Shown one piece after another: positions 18,259 through 27,300 of a stretch of 42,629 bases of DNA. Positions within the stretch are counted from its first letter, which is position 1; every line of letters begins with the position of its first letter. The translations under genes were made by a program, and so were the position numbers. This DNA comes from Tubiluchus corallicola (taxonomy: Eukaryota; Animalia; Priapulida): NCBI GenBank assembly GCA_030141605.1, contig JAQGDQ010001013.1, positions 27,763 through 70,391 on the forward strand. The letters run 5' to 3'. Under the pieces are notes generated by a model that saw nothing but the letters and a program-made list of their open reading frames with translations, was not told where the DNA came from and made no database searches.

Positions 18259-19112
18259 AGGCACGTTCAGACTAGCAAGTTTTCTCGCCAAGTGAACTCG
18301 CTAAGTAACTCGCAAGCATGTCTAGACTAGAAAGCCAAGCCTGCTGTGAGTTACTCTTCGAGAGTAAGCCCGAGCTGACGCTGCCTTCCCTTTTCACTGC
18401 TAGAAGTACCGAAAGTAACTCGCTGAGGCGTTCACACTAGACAGTAACTCGCCGAGGCGTTCACACTAGACAGTAACTCGTCGGGAAGTTCACACTAGAC
18501 AGTAACTCGTCGAGGAGTTCACACTAGACAGTAACTTGCCGAGGCGTTCACAGTAAACAGTAACTCGCCGAGGTATTCACACTAGACAGTAACTCGTCGA
18601 GGAGTTCACACTAGACAGTAACTCGTCGAGGAGTTCACACTAGACAGTAACTCGTCAAGGAGTTCACACTAGACAGTAACTCGTCAAGGAGTTCACACTA
18701 AACAGTAACTCGTCGAGGCGTTCACACTAGACAGTAACTCGTCGGGGAGTTCACACTAGACAGTAACTTTCCGAGGCGTTCACAGTAAACAGTAACTCGC
18801 CGAGGTATTCACACTAGACAGTAACTCGTCGAGGAGTTCACACTAAACAGTAACTCGTCGAGGCATTCACACTAGACAGTAACTCGTAGAGGAGTTCACA
18901 CTAGGCAGTAACTCGTCGAGGAGTTCACACGAGACAGTAACTCTCCAAGGCGTTCACACTAGGCAGTAACTTACCGAGGCATTCACAGTAAACAGTAACT
19001 CGCAGTAATTCGCAATTTTTTGCCGATAGTAACTCGTAAACCGCGTTCACACTTGCGAGTTTACTCTCAGAGAAAAAACTCGCGGCAGAAAGCTCGCTAG
19101 TCTGAACATGTT
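18259..19112. mobile_element. PIF/Harbinger-like MITE with internal 29-bp minisatellite (~20 copies; mirror ~32875-33417 has ~9)
   Basis: Ends AGGCACGTTCAGACTAGCAAG ... CTCGCTAGTCTGAACATGTT are imperfect TIRs. Internal unit CAGTAACTCGTCGAGGAGTTCACACTAGA spans 18415-19001. The superfamily is inferred from terminal similarity only. Confidence 0.65.
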
Positions 19113-19759
19113 TACAGTGCGTGCCAAAGTCTTTGCATCATTAATTTTCTTTACCAAATGAAATAACACACGCCTCGCCGTCAAACAAAGACAATGTGAA
19201 ACAGCATAGACGTTTGCATTATCTAAAAACAGGCAGGTTAACCGGAACATCCTGTTACCTCTCCATGTTTAAGCCACCCCTTTTCTAGCTAGTCCACTAG
19301 GGTATCTTGTACAACCAGTCCTATGCTACTTCGAGCAATGAAACGACTTAGTGCAGACATTACGAACACGAGCTCAATCATTCCATGCTTTCTAGTTTAA
19401 ATGATTCACATTCTTATTATATTTTTCGGAAGTGGTGCTGACAAGCCACTGGCGTAGCAGTGTCTAGTTTTTTTGCTGGATTGCTGCTGCGTTTACCCGT
19501 CTGAAGGCAGATTTCTTTTATTTTAGAATTCTGCCTGCCCAATGTCTACAATAGACGTGTCGGGTGTATGATGTTGTTGTTGTTGTTGATGATGACGACG
19601 ATGATGGGGGTTAACCCGGAAATTCCTCAAAAAACATTTAAATTGAGAGCAAAACTCAATACTACTCTTTTCAAGAAGGGTGGAAATTTGAAGAAAAATT
19701 TGATACTTTAAAGAGGGAGAAGCGCGGAATGTCCGCCGTTCCTAAATTACTTTAGTAAC

Positions 19760-20135
19760 TTCTTCTTCTTCTTCTCAGCGTTTCCCTATGCGGGGTCGCC
19801 GTTGTGAATGAGTCTTCTCCACGCATTCCTGTTGTTGACCATCTCTTCATTTATGTTCTTCTCTCTAAGGTCTCCGTTCATGCATTCGAACCATCTCAGC
19901 TTGGGTCGTCCTCTTTTTCTATTTCCCAGCACTTCCATTTCCATGGCCTCCCTTCCCACGTGATCTTCCCCGACTGTCCTTCTCAGGTGCCCCTACCATC
20001 GCAATCTTGCCTCTTGTTTCTTTTTCGAGGCTTCCACTACTTTCACTGTTCCCCTAATATTACTATTCCTGATTTTATCCCTTCTTGTTACTCCCACCAT
20101 CCATCTCAACATCCTCATCTCTGCCACATCCATTT
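19760..20135 (-). mobile_element. RTE (BovB-like) LINE 3' end with (GAA)n tail (mirror 31421-31796, plus)
   Basis: The mirror ORF reads EMRMLRWMMGVTRRDKIRN..IR...ARLRWYGH...RKRGRPKLRW, followed by a GAAGAA tail. Confidence 0.85.
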
Positions 20136-20171
20136 CTAAATTACTTTAGTAAACAAAACCGAAAAAACTTG

Positions 20172-20690
20172 AATAAAAAGACATACGTATTTATGTGTAG
20201 ACCACTGTACTTGCTTGTGTTTAAAACCTGCCAAAAAGAGAAACAATTAATTCTAATGCTAACATACATATATTTACATACTTATATACATAAAACAACA
20301 GTGAAAACAGAGATACAATATTAAACAGTGCAATCATCACATCATTAAATAAAAAAACATACGTATTTATGTAGACCACTGTACTCACTTGTGTTTAAAA
20401 CCTGCCAAAAAGAGAAACAATTTATTCTAATGCTGACATACATATATTTACATACTTATATACATAAAACAACAGTGAAAACAGACATACAATATTAATC
20501 AGTGCAATCATCACATCATTAAATAAAAAGAGATACGTATTTGTATGTAGACCACTGTACTCACTTGTGTTTAAAACCTGCCAAAAAAGAGTAACGATTA
20601 ATTCTAATGCTAACATATATATATTTACATATTTACATACATAAAACAAGAGTGAAAACAGATAAACAATATTAAACAGAGCAATCATCA
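20172..20690. repeat. ~175-bp tandem repeat, 3 copies (mirror ~30860-31385)
   Basis: AATAAAAAGACATACGTATTT...AGACCACTGTACT recurs at ~20172, ~20348 and ~20522. Confidence 0.85.
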
Positions 20691-21014
20691 TACCAACTAA
20701 TCAAGATAATAATTTATAATTAAGCCGTCTAAGCGGTGGTAATTTCAATGTTCTCCACGCCACAGTATCTACACATTACCAATGAGTTTGTTTGTCAGAA
20801 GGCTTTTACAACACTCGATATTCATTATACTGAGCTGAACAGGTGAAAGTGCATTGTACAGTTCTATTCATAAGCACCAGTCCAACCAACCTAATGTTAT
20901 GACCTCCACTTTAAACTAGGAAGCCCATGACATTACCTGCGATTGGTTGAGCAGTGGTTTCCTGTGGAAAGAACGAACACGTGACATAGTCAGTTGACTT
21001 CTGGTAGTCGTGGA

Positions 21015-23832
21015 ATGCACTTCTCCTGTCTGCCTGTCGAGTGTCGTGGATTCCGTAAGGTTTGAAGCATTGTCATCAGGTTTTGTTTTTTTTTCTTGTT
21101 GTGTTGTTCTTCTCAGCCGTCCCTTTTGCATTCAAAGTTTTGGTTTTGTTGTTTCTTTTTTTTAAATTTCTGGAGTGTCCGTTGTCCAGCGCTTACCCGC
21201 ATCACCGATGGCGGGCCGTAAGGCTATCTACCGGGTCGAACCCTGGAACAAGTATGAAATGTTACTTATACAAGGTCAAAACTACCTATGAATGCGGCTT
21301 AGACTAGTGTTTGAAATCACTACTATTTCATACTTGCAACAATTCGCGACAGTGTGTCTATTTCAACGTTCCAATAAACATAATTATCGTTTATGACTTA
21401 AAGGAGAAGACAAAGGGTACCTGAAGTAGGTTTCAGAAAAATCGCCTTAAAAAATTATATTACTTTGCAGCAATTTTATGCTTATGTCTTACTCGCACTG
21501 AAAGGAATTTTTGTTTGTTTTCATTTTAAATCTCCCGCAATACAGTTCCGACGACGGCATTACATGACGTCACTACGCAACGTAAATCAGAGGAAGAAAA
21601 GGCAATGTAAAATTATGTCCCAAAAAACTTTTCATGCAAATCTATAGTACTTATTTTTCCGCTTACCTGCTCCAAAGACTTATGTAACTAGATATAATAA
21701 TTTAAAATGTTTGCACCAATTGGAAAAAATGTCGCTGACTCACCCTCCAGGTTGCACTACTCACTAACCAAAAATGGATTTTTAATCTTATTGACAAGTT
21801 ACAGTATTTTAAAATTTTACTCAGTTAGTGACGTGTGCATTACGAAAGCTCTGATTATTTTTTAAACTTCACACAATGTTATCTAAACTTGTTTCAAATG
21901 ACCTGTCGTCAAAATGGCTGCGTCTAACGGTCATCGCCAGAGTTTAAATTTACACGTTTTACACAGCGTACCTGCCGATTGCAAAAAGCCAGCATGTAAA
22001 TGGGCACTTACTTCTAAAGGTATTGAAGTCGAAATTTCGGTATGTTTATCTGCACAATTGGTCTTTATTAGCAAATTAAAACTTTCAGAGTTAAAGACGT
22101 TCTTGTTACTATGTATTGGCAGTCTAAAAATCAAGAGAGTCTATTACACAGTAGGGAAATTTATAAACCATTCGAACAAACGAAAGGAGAGAAAAGCGAT
22201 CTCATTTAGACTCTACTACCTTGCCAGAGTTAGACTTCATACATGCATTTAAAATGTGCAACCATTTTGCTTTATTCGCGCTTGTATAGGTTTTACATGT
22301 CAAATGTAGACCGACGTTAACTCAAATGTAGATTTAGGTAATTCAAATGTGTCTTGGTAACTCAAATGTAGACTTAGCTAGTTCAAATGTGTTAACAATG
22401 GTTTTCAAGAAATCTTAAGCGTTTTTGGTAAGTCAAATGTAGACACATGTCAAGTCAAATGTGACATTGGTATCTCAAATGTGGATAGGTGGTAAAGTTT
22501 AAGGATGTTAAATTTAATATTCTTTAATTTCAATTTAATAATTGCTCATAAGTTAAAATAACAACGTTATAGGCCTACTAATAGTTCACTAATATTCTGC
22601 AAACTTTACATACCATTGGAAATGTTACAGAAAACAATACATTCTTAAAATAAGCAATGTTTCTTGAGATAAACTAATTCACTAATTCAGTGCTAATGTA
22701 TTACTTAAAAAACTAATTAGTGATTCACTGTTCATTGGGAAGTGGGAACCGATTTATTCTTTTCTGCCGACATTTTTTGTAGAACGTTGACAAATAAAAT
22801 GTAGAATTCTATGTCTACATTTGACTTACCTAAGCCACATTTGAACTTTCCCCCCTTGTCTACATTTGACTTACCTAAGTCACATTTGAACTTTCCTATG
22901 TCTACATTTGACTTACCTAAGCCACATTTGAACTTTCCCCCCTTGTCTACATTTGACTTACCTAAGTCACATTTGAACTTTCCTATGTCTACATTTGAGT
23001 TACCTAAGTCACATTTGAACTTTCCTGTGTCTACATTTGACGTGTAAAACCTATAGAAGAGGGCTGCACTTTTTGCAGATGACAAGCCTTGCGTTTCTTA
23101 GTTACCTTGTTGACAGTGACAACGACCTAACATTTATTGAGCATGAAGTGTGATAGTAGCCAATTCACTTTGTGTTTCCTAACCACTGTTATCCCTCCAT
23201 GCCTGCTCTGGAGTTTTCCTTGTTTCACTATCCCAGACGACCTACAGGTTTCAGGGTGCTCGTACGAGGAGAGCTTGGCATACATGGGCTTCTGTGAGAC
23301 AACCTGCTCAAGAGCCACCAGAGAAGAACTGGCCAACCGAAGTTCCCTACTGCAAGGCGACATCTCCATCTTCAGGGTTCTATACTACCTGGATGTGAAC
23401 TTACCTGAGAAATTTCTAGAAGGAAAAGTTTTCAAGGAGCTATTCATTGATTCAACTCATATCACAAGTATCAAAGAAAATGCCATAAAGGCCCGGTTGG
23501 AATATCGTCTTGTTATTCAGGGCAATGAAGAACTTAGGAATATTCACCCAAGAGCTTTTAGCAATCAGCCGGATTTGCAATTTCTTGAAATTGCCAATAA
23601 TCCTTACCTGAGAACCCTGACACTAGATTTTTCAAACAATCCAAAGTTGGAACGGCTAAGAATAAAGGACAATTCTTTACGCCACATGGATAAACCAATT
23701 TTTCATAGAAACATGCCTGTCCAAAATGTAACGATAGAATTGTTGGGTACGTATCGTAGCTTTTACATTTATTTAAGCAGTCATGATGCTGCGAGTTGGT
23801 CAGTATTTTGTAGGTTGTCGGATGTTTATTGA
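21015..23832 (+). CDS. LRR-B left-arm copy lacking a same-strand terminal exon (partial gene)
   Basis: Exons 21015-21054, 21117-21217 and 23248-23746 with intact frame and donor G|GTACGT. No LRRCT exon lies downstream on the plus strand; unspliced read-through stops at 23832. Confidence 0.7.
22286..23054. mobile_element. Foldback-like MITE with modular subterminal repeats (mirror 28318-29086)
   Basis: Ends ATAGGTTTTACATGTCAAATGTAGAC ... GTCTACATTTGACGTGTAAAACCTAT; many TCAAATGTAGAC / GTCTACATTTGA modules on opposite sides. Confidence 0.8.
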
Positions 23833-23869
23833 TGATACTGGATTTAACTTTATCAGCAAAACGTATAAT

Positions 23870-24354
23870 ATAGGTTTTACATGTCAAATGTAAACCTGCG
23901 TAATGTCAAATGTAGATTTAGGTAATTCAAATGTGTCTTGGTAACTCAAATGTAGACTTAGGTAGTTCAAATGTGTTAACAATGGTTTTCAACAAATCTT
24001 AAGTGTTTTTGGTAAGTCAAATGTAGACACATGTCAAGTCAAATGTGACATTGGTATCTCAAATGTGGATAGGTGGTAAAGTTTAAGTATGCTAAATTTA
24101 ATCTTCTTTAATTTCAATTTAATAATTGCTCCTAAGTTAAAATAACAACGTTATAGGCCTACCAATAGATGGACTATCTTTCGTTTATCTTTTTCTAATT
24201 TGCACTTAAAATTCGAAATTCCTATGTCTACATTTGACTTACCTAAGTCACATTCGAGTTACCAAAACACATGGCGAAATCCCTATGTCTACATTTGACT
24301 TACCTAAGTCACATTTGAACTTTCCTGTGTCTAAATTTGACGTGTAAAACCTAT
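23870..24354. mobile_element. Second, shorter copy of the same foldback-like MITE (mirror 27018-27502)
   Basis: Same termini and left half as 22286-23054, in the same orientation. Confidence 0.8.
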
Positions 24355-27300
24355 GGTTTTCCGTGGAGTTGTGTCCACTGGTATGCGGCAGTGGTGGCAG
24401 TGGTTTTGGTGTTATTGATGTTGTCATTCTCGTTGTTAGAGGTTGCAACAGCAAAGCTCTCACTTTTACTTTTGGAAATCTTCTCATGCTGCGAGCTGGT
24501 GCAATCATTAGTGCGAATGGACTACGAGTCACAGTATTGTCACTTGGTGGCGCTATGTCTGTTTCTATCACAGTTTTTGTCATTGCTGTTTCATCTAATT
24601 CTACCTTTGTTGTATTTTGTGCCGGTAGCGGTAATATGGTTACGTCCGCTGTGGCGATGTTATGTTGAGCTGTTGTTTGTAAAATATCTGCAACTGTTGC
24701 AAAGCTTGTATATATTGTTTCTTTTGACCCTGCCATTGTTGTGTTCATCACTGTTGCATTGATTGTTGCTGATATAACTGCTTCTTTCGCCATTGGCATA
24801 CTTGTGGTAGTAGTGTATAAGTCTACCATTGTTGTATCATTTGTCGATGATGCATCCACTTTTAGTGTTGTTATATTCGCTGGAATTGTTTTATTAGTCC
24901 AGAAAATTGTTGTATCATTTGTCGATGATGAATCCACTTTTAGTGTTGTTATATTCGCTGGAATTATTGTTTTATTAGTCCAGAAAATTGTTGTATCATT
25001 TGTCGATGATACATCCACTTTTAGTGTTGTTATATTTACTGGAATCGTTTGATTTGTCCAGAAAATTGTTGTATCACTTGTCGATGATACATCCACTTTC
25101 AGTGTTGTTATATTCGCTGGAATTGTTTTATTAGTCCAGAAAATTGTTGTATCATTTGTCGATGATGTATCCACTTTTAGTGTTGTTATATTCGCTGGAA
25201 TTATTGTTTTATTAGTCCAGAAAATTGTTGTATCATTTGTCGATGATACATCCACTTTTAGTGTTGTTATATTCACTGGAATCGTTTGATTTGTCCAGAA
25301 AATTGTTGTATCATTTGTCGATGATGCATCCACTTTCAGTGTTGTTACATTCAATGCAACCGTTTTATTTGTCCATAAAATTGCTGTATCATTTATCGAA
25401 AACAGATCGAGTCGTTTTGTTGCTAACGTCGAAAGTGTAGCTACGTCAACATCTTCCACTGTTGTAGTTGTAGGCATTACTGTCGTTGCTGTTGTTGTCG
25501 TTGTTGCCGTTGTTGGTTCGCATTTGAAGTCCTCGATAACAGCATCTATTACGTAAGGCGATTGACAGTCCACTTGACTTTCAAGCCAGCTTTCATTTTT
25601 TATCCACAGTAAGTCACAGTCGCATATTAGATCGTTACCTGTGAAACCATAACAAGTAAATTATGAACTATGAAAGCAATTAAAGTACGACGTAAATAAA
25701 CATTTATGTATTTTTATGGTGTATATATGAGGCTCTCAAATAAAATGATGTATACAAACGATCTGTTGTTGTTAAGCATACTCGTTTACGTGCTTTAATT
25801 ATGATACTTTTCAATCAATCAATCAATCAATCAATTTATTTCACTCCAGCAATACATATACAATACATCAACATACAATATTATTAAAACAAAAAGAAAC
25901 AGTATAGGTAAAAAAACGTTGATGAAGTCAAATTAACCAAATAAAAGAGTTGCTGTATGACACCTTGAAAGCTTGGCTTGTTAGGGTGGCAGAAATGAGT
26001 GAATGAAAGATTGGTTAAGGTTAGTAGACATGATGGAATGGAAAAAATAGTAAGATTAGGGAGAGGAAGAAGGAAGGGAGGGGAGGATGAGTGCATGAAA
26101 GAATGGTTAGGGTTAGTAGACATGATGGAATGGAAAAAATAGTAAGATTAGGGAGAGGAAGAAGGAAGGGAGGGGAGGATGAGTGCATGAAAGAATGGTT
26201 AGGGTTAGTAGACATGATGGAATAGAAAAAAATGGTAAGATTGGGGATACGAAGAAGGAAGGGAGGAGAGGACGAGTTAACGAAAGAATGGTTAGGGTTA
26301 GTAGACATGATGGAATGGAAAAAATAGTAAGATTAGGGAGAGGAAGAAGGAAGGGAGGGGAGGATGAGCGCATGAAAGAATGGTTAGAGTTAGTAGAAGG
26401 AAGGGAAGGGAGGATGAGTGAATGAAAGAATGGCTAGGGTTAGTAAACATGATGGAATGGAAAAATAGTAAGATTAGGGATAGGAAGAAGGAAAAGAGGA
26501 GAAGAAACGACTACCTTTTACCAATTCAGTAATTGAAATTAACTGTCTAACCTGGAAGTTAACTATCCAGGTCTTGGACCTGGATCTTAGCTATCTTAAA
26601 TGGCTTTGTGACCCCACTTTACTCTTTCCGCCCTTTCTCCATATTTCGTGTGCAATGCAGTATTTTCAGACATTTCTCGAAATCAAGAATCACACTCAGC
26701 GCTATTGTATAATTCACGAGCTTACTATACTGCGCAGAAGATGGCGCCAGGAAGCGATATTTACAGATATTTTAACAGTGCGTGCGCAGTGGCATTGTTT
26801 GCTAGATTGCGCAATACGCTTCGTTCTGCGCTGAGGATTTGAAAGGATGACACCACGTGCTCACGGCTAGTAGAGGCCCCAGTCGAACAAAATTTATTAA
26901 TTTTAAGTGCCGTTGGTAAAGTTATTATTAATTACAATAATAAGCGTTCTGTTCTTTACTCTGTGTGTTCTGAATTCGTTACCTCCGCCACCAGTGGACA
27001 CAACTCCACGGAAAACCATAGGTTTTACACGTCAAATTTAGACACAGGAAAGTTCAAATGTGACTTAGGTAAGTCAAATGTAGACATAGGGATTTCGCCA
27101 TGTGTTTTGGTAACTCGAATGTGACTTAGGTAAGTCAAATGTAGACATAGGAATTTCGAATTTTAAGTGCAAATTAGAAAAAGATAAACGAAAGATAGTC
27201 CATCTATTGGTAGGCCTATAACGTTGTTATTTTAACTTAGGAGCAATTATTAAATTGAAATTAAAGAAGATTAAATTTAGCATACTTAAACTTTACCACC

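Noticed and set aside
18415-19001. CRISPR-like 29-bp repeats
   Set aside because: Head-to-tail copies with no unique spacers, no cas genes, and a eukaryotic context inside a MITE.
22732-23085. GKFKCDLGKSNVD repeat protein (and mirror 28287..28640)
   Set aside because: These are the subterminal modules of the foldback-like MITE.
25980-26445. Telomeric TTAGGG array
   Set aside because: Only isolated TTAGGG hexamers inside a 92-bp minisatellite.
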